A stretch of 64,000 nucleotides of DNA from Candidatus Yanofskybacteria bacterium (GCA_016185525.1 JACPNK010000006.1:115440-179439); one strand, 5' to 3'; positions 37,181 to 46,704 are shown, counted from the stretch's first letter. Translations and numbers: made by a program. Notes: generated from the sequence alone by a model not told the origin.

Positions 37181-37726
37181 TCATTTTCTGTTCTGGTTCC
37201 CCCATTTGAAAGGTTTTTCTCTTTGTGATTTATAAAACATCATTCTGTTTCTGATTTCTTGAAGTTTTTTGTGGTCAAGGCCGTTCATTTCTTTTTTTGT
37301 AAATCCTCTCTGGCCTTTTGTAACATTTAAACCCTCTCTTCTGTTTTTGTTTACTATTTTAACCGCGCAGCTCCATAGTTGGAAGTCAATCCCCTTTTTT
37401 GCGTAGAGTTTATGTCTTTTAAAAAATGGTATAATTTTTTCTACTAGATCTTTCGGATTTTGGACCGAGAATCTAACCTGATTCTGTTTTTTTATTATAA
37501 CGACCGACCCACAGCCAAAAGTTTCTTTGATTAAGTTTAATATGTTAAAATCGTCAGATCTTAAAACAATGGCAAATTCAGTATTCCAGTAAAAATACTC
37601 TCGGAATTTTTTATTGTTCTTATTTTGTTTTTTATCCCTTCTAAATTTAAGAGCAAAACAACCCTCCCCGTCTACAAAGCCAGCTATGTAATTGCCAGGC
37701 AACTTAGCGACTGTATTTTTATCCAT
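37181..37726 (-). CDS. Single-motif LAGLIDADG homing endonuclease, free-standing
   Basis: YIAGFVDGEGCF, FGCGSV, IIPFF...L...K..DF..W. Confidence 0.92.
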   Translation of the reverse strand: MDKNTVAKLPGNYIAGFVDGEGCFALKFRRDKKQNKNNKKFREYFYWNTEFAIVLRSDDFNILNLIKETFGCGSVVIIKKQNQVRFSVQNPKDLVEKIIPFFKRHKLYAKKGIDFQLWSCAVKIVNKNRREGLNVTKGQRGFTKKEMNGLDHKKLQEIRNRMMFYKSQREKPFKWGNQNRK

Positions 37727-37824
37727 ATTATAAATTATACTACAATCACATTGCGTCGCACAAAAGTTTAAAACGAAGGTTATCAACAGCAACCAAAAAG
37801 TAAAAAACTCCTTTGGTTAGGAGT

Positions 37825-39519
37825 CTACAATTCGTCAATTAATTTTTTAAATTTTTCTATAATTTCTTTTTTTCTGGGTTTAAGCGTCGGAGTTAAGATT
37901 AAATCTGTTTGGCTGCTTAAAATCGCTATGTTGCCTATTTTCATTAATCCCTTCCCTATCGCCCCGGTTTTGGACTTTAGAGTTTCGTGAAGTTTCGCAA
38001 GACCTTTTTTGTCAGAGGGTCTGTTGTTTAAAAAAATGAGAGCAATTTGATACGGTTTGTTTTTTCCACATATGACAACTTCTGCTTGGGGGTCAACGTC
38101 TCTTATTTTGTCCTTAACTTCTTGCTCCAGTTTCTGGATGCTTTCTCCTGTCACGTACTCCCCTTGTGCCGTTTTGTAGCCTTCGCCGATTCTTCCTGTT
38201 ATAGATATGGTTTTGTTTGAAAAGTTAAACTTTCCAGTGTCTTCAGTATGATAGAGCCGTTCTCGCAACGGTTCTTCCGTGGGCGGATGGGTTTGGTAAA
38301 TTTTTTCTTCAAAATGGTTTTCATTGGCTTTTGGGTTGTTGTAGTAGCCGAGCATGACGGCTTTTCCTGTTACCACGATTTCTTTGCTGAAAGGTTCAAG
38401 AAAAACTTGGTTTGTGTTTCCTATAACCGCACCGTTCAAGAGTAGCGGTCCGGCCGTTTCCGTTTGGCCGTAAATGTCCATTATGTTTAGACCAAGTTTG
38501 CGGAAAAAATTAATCTCGTGGCGGCTTATTTCCGATCCGGCGCTGATTGCGATTCTTGTATGATCTAGGCCGAGCTCTTGTTTAATTTTGTCTTTAAGAA
38601 AATAAATCGGGACTAATCCGGCTAACTTACCGGCAAGTTTTAGTTTTTCTTTGACTCCGGTCTCAATGTTTATCCAAACTTTGGGTACGCCCAAAAAAGC
38701 GGTTGGCCTTACCCTTTTGAGTATTGACGTAAATTTTTCTTTCAGTTTTTCCCTGTCGGTTGAAAATTCGGTAAAGTATACCGTATATCCTCCGATTAAC
38801 TGGCCAAAAAAAGAGGCAATAAGTTCAGAAATGTGTCCCAATGTCATATAAGATAAAACTCTATCTTCGGGACCAATTTGCAAGGCTTTAATTACAGCCT
38901 TGGTTCTGTCTAAGATATTTTCATGCGACAGCATCACTCCCTTTGGTCCGCCGGTGGTGCCGGAAGTGTAGGGCATTATCAGTAGGCGGTTTGGGTTGCG
39001 GACTTTGTCATTGTGGTAAAGCCTTTTAACCCCTTTGTTTTTGCATATCTTTTTTCCCAATGCCAGTAACTGTTCAACTGTTATTGTGGTGTGGCCATTT
39101 TCTTTGTATTCATCTGCCAAACACTCACTGATGAGAGTAATTTTAGGTTGGCAATGGTCTAAGATGGCCTTGACTTTGTCAGGCTCTTTTAAAAGCATGG
39201 GGTGTATCGGCACGGGTACCCCCCCTGCCATAATAATTCCCAGAATAGTGAAAAAAGATTCCGGCAGATTTACCGGTACTATGGCGACAAAGTTTTCTTT
39301 TTCTGATTTTGACGGGTCAACTAAATTTAAGTCTTGCAAAGCGATTGCCGCTGAAAATGCGTGACAGTGCAAGTAATCTTCCCAAGAGTATTTTTCTTTA
39401 GTGCCGTCTTTTTTAAGCAAGACCAAGGCCGGTAACTGATGACCTTTTCTTCTTAATTCTTCTTCCTTTTCAAAGAGAGTAGTAATAATATCTGCCACTT
39501 TCCCGTCCCCTATTTTCAA
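37825..39519 (-). CDS. AMP-dependent long-chain acyl-CoA synthetase family
   Basis: YTSGTTGGPKGVMLSH, GVPKVW, IYGQTETAG, VMLGYY, LTPTLK. Confidence 0.88.
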   Translation of the reverse strand: MKIGDGKVADIITTLFEKEEELRRKGHQLPALVLLKKDGTKEKYSWEDYLHCHAFSAAIALQDLNLVDPSKSEKENFVAIVPVNLPESFFTILGIIMAGGVPVPIHPMLLKEPDKVKAILDHCQPKITLISECLADEYKENGHTTITVEQLLALGKKICKNKGVKRLYHNDKVRNPNRLLIMPYTSGTTGGPKGVMLSHENILDRTKAVIKALQIGPEDRVLSYMTLGHISELIASFFGQLIGGYTVYFTEFSTDREKLKEKFTSILKRVRPTAFLGVPKVWINIETGVKEKLKLAGKLAGLVPIYFLKDKIKQELGLDHTRIAISAGSEISRHEINFFRKLGLNIMDIYGQTETAGPLLLNGAVIGNTNQVFLEPFSKEIVVTGKAVMLGYYNNPKANENHFEEKIYQTHPPTEEPLRERLYHTEDTGKFNFSNKTISITGRIGEGYKTAQGEYVTGESIQKLEQEVKDKIRDVDPQAEVVICGKNKPYQIALIFLNNRPSDKKGLAKLHETLKSKTGAIGKGLMKIGNIAILSSQTDLILTPTLKPRKKEIIEKFKKLIDEL

Positions 39520-39599
39520 AGTTCTTTAGTTTGAATACTAAAACCTTTTTTACATTATGTCAATGAAGAAAAAAACTTAAACTGATATATAATACTTTT

Positions 39600-40340
39600 A
39601 TGTTTTATCGGACTCTTGAAGAATTTAAAAACGCTTCCGGCTACACGGTCGGAAGTGTTTGGTATCCGCGGGTTACGGCGATTGTCGGAATGAAAGCCAA
39701 ACCGGGGCTTTATAAGTTTTATGCTGAACAGGAAAGTTTTGAAGCCGGGGAAGCGGTAAAAGCCAAGTCAGCCGAGGAGGGCACTCTTACTCATGATACT
39801 GTCGAGGCAATCCTACGAGGTGAGTCCCCTGTTATCCCAGAAACTATCAAGCCGGTAATTGAAGCTTTTTTTAATTTTTTAAACAGTAATAAAGTGGAAG
39901 CCAAACTTATTGAGGAAAGGCTGATAAGCAACAAATATCGCTATTCCGGCACGATGGACGTTTTGGCGGAAATCAACGGCCGGCTTGGGGTTTTAGACGT
40001 CAAAACCTCTTATTCAATTTTCAGGGATTACGGCATCCAAACCTCGGCTTACGTGGAAGCTCTTAACGAAAGAAAAAATTTGCCGGAACTTACTCGTTGG
40101 ATTTTGCGCCTTGACCAGAGCCAGAAATGCCTGAAATGTCCGGCTGTTTTGCGGACAAAGGGCGGCAATATAAAAGTCAGAGGAGAAAAAAACTTTTGCA
40201 ATCACGAATGGAGCGAGATGATCGGCGAGGCTGAATTGAAGGAACTGCCGCCATACCAAAAAGATTTCAACGCCTTTCTTGCCTGCAAAACTCTCTGGGA
40301 ATGGGAAAATGAGTTTTGGCTAAGCCGGATTAACTATTAA
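39600..40340 (+). CDS. PD-(D/E)XK nuclease (phage-exonuclease/MGME1-like)
   Basis: PRVT, GTLTH, E..L, SGTMD, LDVKTS, QTSAY. Confidence 0.8.
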   Translation: MFYRTLEEFKNASGYTVGSVWYPRVTAIVGMKAKPGLYKFYAEQESFEAGEAVKAKSAEEGTLTHDTVEAILRGESPVIPETIKPVIEAFFNFLNSNKVEAKLIEERLISNKYRYSGTMDVLAEINGRLGVLDVKTSYSIFRDYGIQTSAYVEALNERKNLPELTRWILRLDQSQKCLKCPAVLRTKGGNIKVRGEKNFCNHEWSEMIGEAELKELPPYQKDFNAFLACKTLWEWENEFWLSRINY

Positions 40341-40347
40341 TGTAAGG

Positions 40348-40378
40348 CCTACTATAGAGGCTAAGCCTCTATAGTAGG
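40348..40378. repeat. Perfect REP-like palindrome
   Basis: CCTACTATAGAGGCT-A-AGCCTCTATAGTAGG between convergent genes; related to GATAGAGGTT-A-AACCTCTATC at 20741-20761. Confidence 0.8.
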
Positions 40379-40383
40379 GAAAC

Positions 40384-40770
40384 CTATTTTTTGCAGTTGG
40401 ATGCGAGAGTCAGTCCGGCGGCGAGGGCGGCGGCTTCGGTGGGGAAAGTGATTTTGTTTTTGTCGGATATCTTACTGGCTCCCGCACACCAAGAAAAGTG
40501 ATACTTATTTGAATTTTTTGAAGCTGTTACACTGAAATCTGCTTTGTTAGAATTTGTGGATGCTGTTTGGGAGTTTTTGGTTTGGTCGGAACTTTGGACG
40601 AAAATTTCTCCTAAAGACGCTTCTCTAATTTCAATTCTGGCCCCTCCCCTATTTTTTAGGGCTAAAATTTTTCCGCTTTGAAAAGAAACAACCGTGATTA
40701 AAATTATCACGGCTGACAAAACAATATCAGATTGATGCTCTTTTGTTTTTTCCAGGAGTCTAGACCACAT
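40384..40770 (-). CDS. Membrane-anchored protein with Ada metal-binding-like C-terminal domain
   Basis: TM helix; ASKNSNKYHFSWC...I.F...A..AG....C. Confidence 0.75.
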   Translation of the reverse strand: MWSRLLEKTKEHQSDIVLSAVIILITVVSFQSGKILALKNRGGARIEIREASLGEIFVQSSDQTKNSQTASTNSNKADFSVTASKNSNKYHFSWCAGASKISDKNKITFPTEAAALAAGLTLASNCKK

Positions 40771-41032
40771 TCACGATTTTGACTAAGCGCCTATTGCCGT
40801 CATATTTTACGAGTTTTTTGGTAATAAACTGGACCTTACCGCTTTTTACGGCGTAAACCGTGTCGTCTTTGCCGATTTTTGCTCCGCTTCCGGCGATAAA
40901 TTTTGTGCCTCTTTGTCTGACAATAATATCGCCGGCTTTGGCAGATTGTCCGCCAGACAATTTTAAGCCCAAATATTTGGGTTGCGAATCTCTGCCTAGT
41001 TTAGTTGTCCCGACAGCTTTTGTATGTGCCAT
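40760..41032 (-). CDS. rpmA: 50S ribosomal protein L27
   Basis: MAHTKA.GTTKLGRDS, IIVRQRGTK. Confidence 0.97.
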   Translation of the reverse strand: MAHTKAVGTTKLGRDSQPKYLGLKLSGGQSAKAGDIIVRQRGTKFIAGSGAKIGKDDTVYAVKSGKVQFITKKLVKYDGNRRLVKIVNVV

Positions 41033-41070
41033 TTTTGTTAGCGAGCATAGCGAGCTTTACAAAAATGAGC

Positions 41071-41223
41071 ACCCCGCTCAAATTTTGCTTTTGCTATTCT
41101 CGGATAACTTAGTTATAAATTATACGCCATTAGATTACTTGCAGTTTGCGAGTGCCGAATAGGCACAAACCTTAAGGGCGCAGCAAACTGCTGTGAGCTA
41201 TCCAGCAAAATTTGGGCTGGGGT
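41071..41223. mobile_element. MITE-like structured element (family of 35135-35270)
   Basis: ACCCCGCTCAAATTTTGCT...AGCAAAATTTGGGCTGGGGT; internal GTGCCGAATAGGCAC and GCAGTTTGC/GCAAACTGC. Confidence 0.65.
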
Positions 41224-41239
41224 TGCCACGTCTTAAATC

Positions 41240-41692
41240 TTATTCTGCTTCTTTTTTAACTTCAAATTTTAAGTTTGTCTTTATATCGTATCCCAAGTCA
41301 ACTTCTGTTTCATATAATCCTATTTTTTTGATTAATCCGTCTAACGGAATTGATTCGGGTTCAATTGCAAATCCAGCCTTTTTTAGCGCTGAAGAAATCT
41401 CAACAGCGTTAACACCATCATAAAGAGTGCCTTCTTCGTTTGTTACCCTTTCAATTACCAGCATAAAAGACTTAATTTTTTCGGCTAGTTGACCGGTCAA
41501 CTCTTTGTCTTTTTCTATTGCCAAAAGCCTCTTTTGTTTTAAGTCCTCAACGGCTTTCATGGCGGTTTTGTTTGCTAAAACAGCCAGTTTTCTTGGCAAT
41601 AAAAAATTACGGGCATACCCGTCGGCCACATTTTTTACATCTCCAACTTGGGCAACATTTTTTATATTTTGTAAGAAAACTACGCGTGCCAT
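41240..41692 (-). CDS. rplI: 50S ribosomal protein L9
   Basis: VADGYARNFLLP, GTLYDGV. Confidence 0.95.
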   Translation of the reverse strand: MARVVFLQNIKNVAQVGDVKNVADGYARNFLLPRKLAVLANKTAMKAVEDLKQKRLLAIEKDKELTGQLAEKIKSFMLVIERVTNEEGTLYDGVNAVEISSALKKAGFAIEPESIPLDGLIKKIGLYETEVDLGYDIKTNLKFEVKKEAE

Positions 41693-41778
41693 ATTAAAAA
41701 AGAGTCTAACAAAATCAGGCTTTGTTGTCAAAAAAATACCCGAGGTTTTAATCCTCGGGGTTGTTTTATTAAACTCTT

Positions 41779-42099
41779 TTAACGTGAAGCTGCAAGCATC
41801 GGGCGATAAAATTTTCTTATGTTATAAATCATGCCCTTAATTTTGTTTTTAGAATGAGGGCAGTAAGTCATGTCGCAGAGTTTCTGTTGTTCGTCGTCAG
41901 GGTTAAAAAAGCCTGATATTTTGAATACCCCGTTACTTTTTCCTACAGAGAACCCTTTTACGGAGACGCTGACTATGAGAGGTCCCACAGTTTCTCCGTA
42001 AACTTCAAAGTCGTATCTGTAGCCAGAATCGAATCCTGTCGGTCCAGCGTTTATATAAAGAACTTCATTTTCCGGTATTTCTACTTTTGTTTTTGCCAC
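41779..42099 (-). CDS. Hypothetical protein (stand-alone cassette)
   Basis: TTGACA-17-TACTAT promoter, AAGGAG RBS, GTG start, hairpin CCCGAGG/CCTCGGG near 41740-41760. Confidence 0.65.
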   Translation of the reverse strand: MAKTKVEIPENEVLYINAGPTGFDSGYRYDFEVYGETVGPLIVSVSVKGFSVGKSNGVFKISGFFNPDDEQQKLCDMTYCPHSKNKIKGMIYNIRKFYRPMLAASR

Positions 42100-42175
42100 T
42101 TTTTTCTCCTTTGCGACTTAACATATAGTAACAAAGTATCATGCAATTGTCAAATGCAAATTTAAATAACAAGAA

Positions 42176-43408
42176 CTACCTGATAATCTCCAAGGCTTTT
42201 TCCAGTTGAGGATCTTTGAGGGGGTCTTTTTCTGTTTCTTCCGCATCTTTTTTGACTTCGTAGTCCGGCTTAATGCCGTTATCGCTGATAGATATTCCGC
42301 TTGGGGTGAACCATTTGGCAATGGTGATTTTAAGTGTTGATTTTTTGTTTCCAGATAAAAACTCTACAAGCTCCTGAACCGAACCCTTGCCAAAAGATGT
42401 TTCGCCCACAATCTTGATTCCTCTATTGTCTCTTAACGCTCCGGCCAGGATTTCAGATGCCGAAGCTGATCCCTTGTTGATGATAATAATCATGGGGTAT
42501 TTTTTAAGCTGTCCATTCTTTGCTGTTTTTAAGATCGTCTCTGTTTTGTCGGCAAATTTTTCGCTGACTACGGTCTGGTTGGGATCTAAGAACCAGCCGG
42601 CAATGTTTACCGCTGAATCCAAAATCCCGCCGGGGTTATTTCTTAGGTCCAGAACTATTTTTTCGGCTTTTGACGCCAAAATTTCTTTAGCCACTCTGGC
42701 AAAGTCTGCGTCAATGTTTCTGTTGAAGGTGAGGAGTTGAATGTGGGCAACATTGTCTTCCAGAAGCTTCCAGTCTATTGTCGGTATTTTTATTTCTTCC
42801 CTGATTAGATTGAATTCTTTCGGATCTTTGTCTCCGTTTCTCTGAACAGTTAGTTTAACGCTTGTTCCCTTTTTTCCTCGGATTTGGGTGACGGCTTCGT
42901 CTATGGTTAAACCGCCGGCATCTTTGTCATTGATTTTTATTATTATGTCCCCTGCCAATATGCCTGCTTTGTAAGCGGGAGTGTCTTTTATGGGCGCAAT
43001 AACGGTCAGAAGATTTTTTCTCATACCTATTTCTATCCCAACCCCGCCGAAAGAGCCGTTAATCTGTTCCTCAAATTTTTTACTTTCTTCCGGTTTAAGG
43101 AAAACGGTGTAAGGGTCGCCCAAAGAGTTTACCATGCCTTCTATGGCGCCATAGACTAAGTTTCTTTTGTCCTGCAGTTTTTCCTGGTCAACAAATTTTT
43201 CCTCAAGTTTGTTAAGGGCCGTCCAAAATAGTCCGAAGTCAATTGATACCGGCTGGCCGAGATCTTTATTGTCTATCTGCGTGATTATTTGGTCTACGGC
43301 GCTGTCATTCTTGAATTTTTCAAACTTTATACCGCCATAAAAACTTCCGCCAAGAAGCAAGACCAGCAGAATCAAAAGAGTTATTTTGTTATTTATTTTC
43401 TGAAGCAT
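42176..43408 (-). CDS. ctpA: S41 carboxyl-terminal processing protease
   Basis: LGDPYT, PDZ GVGIEI, DLRNNPGG, SASASEI, FGKGSVQ. Confidence 0.95.
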   Translation of the reverse strand: MLQKINNKITLLILLVLLLGGSFYGGIKFEKFKNDSAVDQIITQIDNKDLGQPVSIDFGLFWTALNKLEEKFVDQEKLQDKRNLVYGAIEGMVNSLGDPYTVFLKPEESKKFEEQINGSFGGVGIEIGMRKNLLTVIAPIKDTPAYKAGILAGDIIIKINDKDAGGLTIDEAVTQIRGKKGTSVKLTVQRNGDKDPKEFNLIREEIKIPTIDWKLLEDNVAHIQLLTFNRNIDADFARVAKEILASKAEKIVLDLRNNPGGILDSAVNIAGWFLDPNQTVVSEKFADKTETILKTAKNGQLKKYPMIIIINKGSASASEILAGALRDNRGIKIVGETSFGKGSVQELVEFLSGNKKSTLKITIAKWFTPSGISISDNGIKPDYEVKKDAEETEKDPLKDPQLEKALEIIR

Positions 43409-44222
43409 AGTTCAGCAGGGTTTGACCGGAACGGTATTTCAGACCGTGTTTTAAGAAATATTTAATGGCGCTTTCTATGTGCCATCTGGCCTCTCTTCTT
43501 ATGAAAACATCCAAAAAATCAAAACCGGCGCGCGATTGTCTTATATGATAATGAAGCATTACTGCGTCCGGCAGATAGGCAACTTTATAACCATTCTCCC
43601 AGAATCTTTTTGCCCAGTCAACGTCTTCAAAATACAACCTGAACCTTTCGTCCATTATGCCCACCTTTTCCAGGGCCTTTCGGGTGGTCATAAGCGCCGA
43701 ACCCATTACCCAGTCAGGTTGGGTTTTAGACTCAAGTTTTAAATTAAAGTCCGCCAACCTTTTTTTTGCAAAAGGCATTTTTCCCAAGAAAGTCCGGCGA
43801 TAGACAATTGTCATTGGACGATAAAATTTGAATTTTGAGTTTTGGGTTTGGCCGTTAAAGTTTAGAAGTTTTGGTCCCAGAAGGCCGATGTCCGGATTTT
43901 TGTCTAAGTGGTTGGACATTTTTTTGACTGAATCGGATGCGATTATTATATCCGGATTGAGTATCAGCACATGTCTGCCTTTGGAATTTTTCAGGCCATA
44001 ATTTACTCCGGCGGCATAACCTACGTTTTTTATGAGCGGCAAATAATTAGTCCAAGGGAATTTTTCTCTCAAAATTTCCCCGGTTTCCGTTTGGGCTTCA
44101 GAGTCAACAACAATCGTTTCAAATTCGTTTATCTGTCCTAAAAGATGCTTTTGGATTGAGTTAAGACAGAGTTTTAAGAGTTCGGGGCTTTTGTGATGGA
44201 CTATTATAATTGAAAGATTCAT
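43389..44222 (-). CDS. GT2 glycosyltransferase
   Basis: IVVDS, LNPD, DERFRLYFEDVD. Confidence 0.9.
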   Translation of the reverse strand: MNLSIIIVHHKSPELLKLCLNSIQKHLLGQINEFETIVVDSEAQTETGEILREKFPWTNYLPLIKNVGYAAGVNYGLKNSKGRHVLILNPDIIIASDSVKKMSNHLDKNPDIGLLGPKLLNFNGQTQNSKFKFYRPMTIVYRRTFLGKMPFAKKRLADFNLKLESKTQPDWVMGSALMTTRKALEKVGIMDERFRLYFEDVDWAKRFWENGYKVAYLPDAVMLHYHIRQSRAGFDFLDVFIRREARWHIESAIKYFLKHGLKYRSGQTLLNYASENK

Positions 44223-44226
44223 GGCT

Positions 44227-45267
44227 TTAGTTTTGTTTGAAATAATTCCTAATCAAGTTCCAGTCATTGTTTTTGGGCAAAAGAACATAAGCGTTGTTTT
44301 GAGCGGTTTCATAAAGCAAGTTTTCGGTGGTTATCGTCTTGGTTTGCAGTTTTTCTGCGGAGTTAAAAGTGAGAGCAAGCTGGAGAATGTTTTTTGTGTC
44401 CCAGATATTAAAGTCTGTGGAGATGTTATTTTTCAAACTGTTGGCCAGAGAAGTTATTTTAACCGGATTACTTAAGATTCCCAGACTTAGAGCCTTTTTT
44501 TTGACAGCCAAAATTATTTCTTGCTGTCTCCTTGAGCGGTCAAAGTCGTTTGTGCTGTAGCGCGATCTGGCATAGTAAAGAGCCGTCTGGCCGTCTAGGT
44601 GGTTTTCTCCGGCGGACAGACTAAACTCATAGCCCCACTGCGACTTTTCTTCAAAAGGTTTTTCTAAGACAATATCTATACCGTCCAGAGCATCAACTAT
44701 TTCTTTAAATCCTTGGAAGTCAAAGACTACTATTTTATCAATAAAAATCCCGCTTATTCTTGAAAAGGAATTTTTTGCAAAATTGGTTTTGTCTTTCTTG
44801 GACAGACCTCTTTCGTAAATCTCGTTTGCTTTTCCTTTAAAAAGGCCCGGCAGGTCAATGTAGAGATCTCTGGGTATTGAAGTTAAGGAAGCTTTTTTGC
44901 TTTCGTCACGAAAGCTGAAAAGCATGATGCTGTCGGTCAAAAGTCCCCCGTCCGGGTCATCAACGCCTCTTATGCCAAGAATTAAAACGTTCAATCTTCC
45001 GGCTTCTTCTTCTGGCATCGGAAAATTTTTGTTCAACTCCTCTTGCTGATTAACTTCCTCACCCTTTTTTGAGGTTAAAAGCGCGCTTGCCCTTTTTAAC
45101 CAGGAAGACTGTTTTTCTATGATTATAGTGCTTGATTTGTCAAAAAGTAGCAGTAAACCGAGGAGTAATAATATGATTAAGGCCAAACTCAAACCAAAAC
45201 GTTTTTTGCTTGACGATTTTTCGTTGAAGTCACTTTGTTGAAAACTTGTCTGGTTCATATAAACCAT
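44227..45267 (-). CDS. LytR-CpsA-Psr (LCP) family protein
   Basis: LTDSIML, SIPRDL, YARSR, DFDRSRRQQ. Confidence 0.92.
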   Translation of the reverse strand: MVYMNQTSFQQSDFNEKSSSKKRFGLSLALIILLLLGLLLLFDKSSTIIIEKQSSWLKRASALLTSKKGEEVNQQEELNKNFPMPEEEAGRLNVLILGIRGVDDPDGGLLTDSIMLFSFRDESKKASLTSIPRDLYIDLPGLFKGKANEIYERGLSKKDKTNFAKNSFSRISGIFIDKIVVFDFQGFKEIVDALDGIDIVLEKPFEEKSQWGYEFSLSAGENHLDGQTALYYARSRYSTNDFDRSRRQQEIILAVKKKALSLGILSNPVKITSLANSLKNNISTDFNIWDTKNILQLALTFNSAEKLQTKTITTENLLYETAQNNAYVLLPKNNDWNLIRNYFKQN

Positions 45268-46307
45268 TTTGCCATTTGTTCGGGACCAACTTCGGCTTTA
45301 AGCATAATTTCTTTTCTTTTTTTGAACATTTTGGGTGTCAGACTGATTAATTTTGGTATCTCAAGCAAAACAGAAGGTTCAAACAAAACAGCATAACCCA
45401 ACTCCTGAATTTCCCTTCTTAAGATCCGGGGTAAATTTTGTAAAACATTAATCCAGTAATCATTTTTTAATCTGGCTAATCTCTTGTTTCTCCAGTCCAA
45501 TCTTTTTTTGAGGGCGGGTATTTTTTTTCTCTCGCCCGTTCTTTTAAAATAGTCGAGCCAGCTTTTACTCACGCCTTTAGTGGTGGAACGGTCGTGGTAC
45601 ATAATAACGGGCGGGCTATAAATTTGTTTCCAGCCAAACAAACGCATGCGCCAGACTAAGTCAATATCGTCCCCGTACCAAAACATATCATGATCTACGA
45701 TTTCACCTGTAATCACGGAATCTTCAAGAGCTTCTCTGCGGAAAATGGGCGCGGCGCCCTCAACTCCAAAAACCTCCATTTCTTTGTCGTATTGTCCATT
45801 GTCCAATTCCCCATGCCCAAGATTTATAATTTTTCTTGAGCGGAAAATGCCAAATCCTACCGTATCAATGATTTTTTCTTGTAACTCCGGCCGGAATGTT
45901 TGGGTCTGCAGTTTGTTAATGTCGTATTGATAGATTTTAGCTTGCAGAGCTCCTATTCTTTCATCTTTTTCCATGACTACCACAGACTTTTCCACCGTGT
46001 CCGGCGCAAACAGAACGTCAACGGAAAGAGCTATAATATACTTTCCGTACGAATAATCTAAGGCTTTTTCCTGACCGCCCCACATCCCATAATTAATTTT
46101 GTTTTCAATAAAGTTAGTCATTTGCCATTTGCCATTTGCCATTTGCCATTCGCGGATTATTTCTTTTGTTTTGTCTGTTGAGCCGTTGTCAAAAATATTT
46201 ATCTCTAAATTGCTGTAAGTTTGGTTTTTCACGGCATCCAAACAATACTGGATATACTTTTCTCCATTTAAAACCACCAAGTTTATTGTAACCAGTGGAC
46301 TTGACAT
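45255..46307 (-). CDS. GT2 glycosyltransferase
   Basis: NGEKYI, FDNGSTD, YGDDIDLVWR. Confidence 0.9.
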   Translation of the reverse strand: MSSPLVTINLVVLNGEKYIQYCLDAVKNQTYSNLEINIFDNGSTDKTKEIIREWQMANGKWQMTNFIENKINYGMWGGQEKALDYSYGKYIIALSVDVLFAPDTVEKSVVVMEKDERIGALQAKIYQYDINKLQTQTFRPELQEKIIDTVGFGIFRSRKIINLGHGELDNGQYDKEMEVFGVEGAAPIFRREALEDSVITGEIVDHDMFWYGDDIDLVWRMRLFGWKQIYSPPVIMYHDRSTTKGVSKSWLDYFKRTGERKKIPALKKRLDWRNKRLARLKNDYWINVLQNLPRILRREIQELGYAVLFEPSVLLEIPKLISLTPKMFKKRKEIMLKAEVGPEQMAKWFI

Positions 46308-46364
46308 AAAACACATTTTATAATAACATATTTTACTAGAACTCTTTAAAATAAGGAAAAAGAA

Positions 46365-46694
46365 ATGTCCAGTATAAAAAGAAATTTGACGGAGGCACAG
46401 TTTTTGGCCTCATTGGCGGAAGCCGGCTCTTGGGTTGGCGGTATTCCGTTTGTTTTTGATCCTAAATCAGAAAGCGTAAGCAGGTTTTTGGAAAGACTTA
46501 GGCTTATGGGACTGTCCGCAAGTCCCGAAGAAGTTACGAAAGCAGTCTCAAAATTCTTTGAAGAAAAAGAAAAATGGGGTATTTCTCTTGTCAGGTTAGA
46601 TAAACTGATTGGCGGCCGATTTGAAGTCGGCTTAAATCCTGACAATATGGCGATAGATTTTTCCGCCTTGACTTCAAAGAGGCGAACTTTTTAA
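46365..46694 (+). CDS. Hypothetical protein inserted on the opposite strand within the glycan cluster
   Basis: AAGGA RBS; 109-aa ORF fills the gap. Confidence 0.55.
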   Translation: MSSIKRNLTEAQFLASLAEAGSWVGGIPFVFDPKSESVSRFLERLRLMGLSASPEEVTKAVSKFFEEKEKWGISLVRLDKLIGGRFEVGLNPDNMAIDFSALTSKRRTF

Positions 46695-46704
46695 ATACCG
46701 AACA

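Noticed and set aside
37181-37726. Group I intron or intein hosting the LAGLIDADG gene
   Set aside because: No split host gene or RNA, flanks too short for a catalytic core, and the ORF has its own start and stop
39600-40340. Cas4 or CRISPR adaptation module
   Set aside because: No cas1/cas2 or array, and the Cys arrangement does not match the Cas4 1+3 pattern
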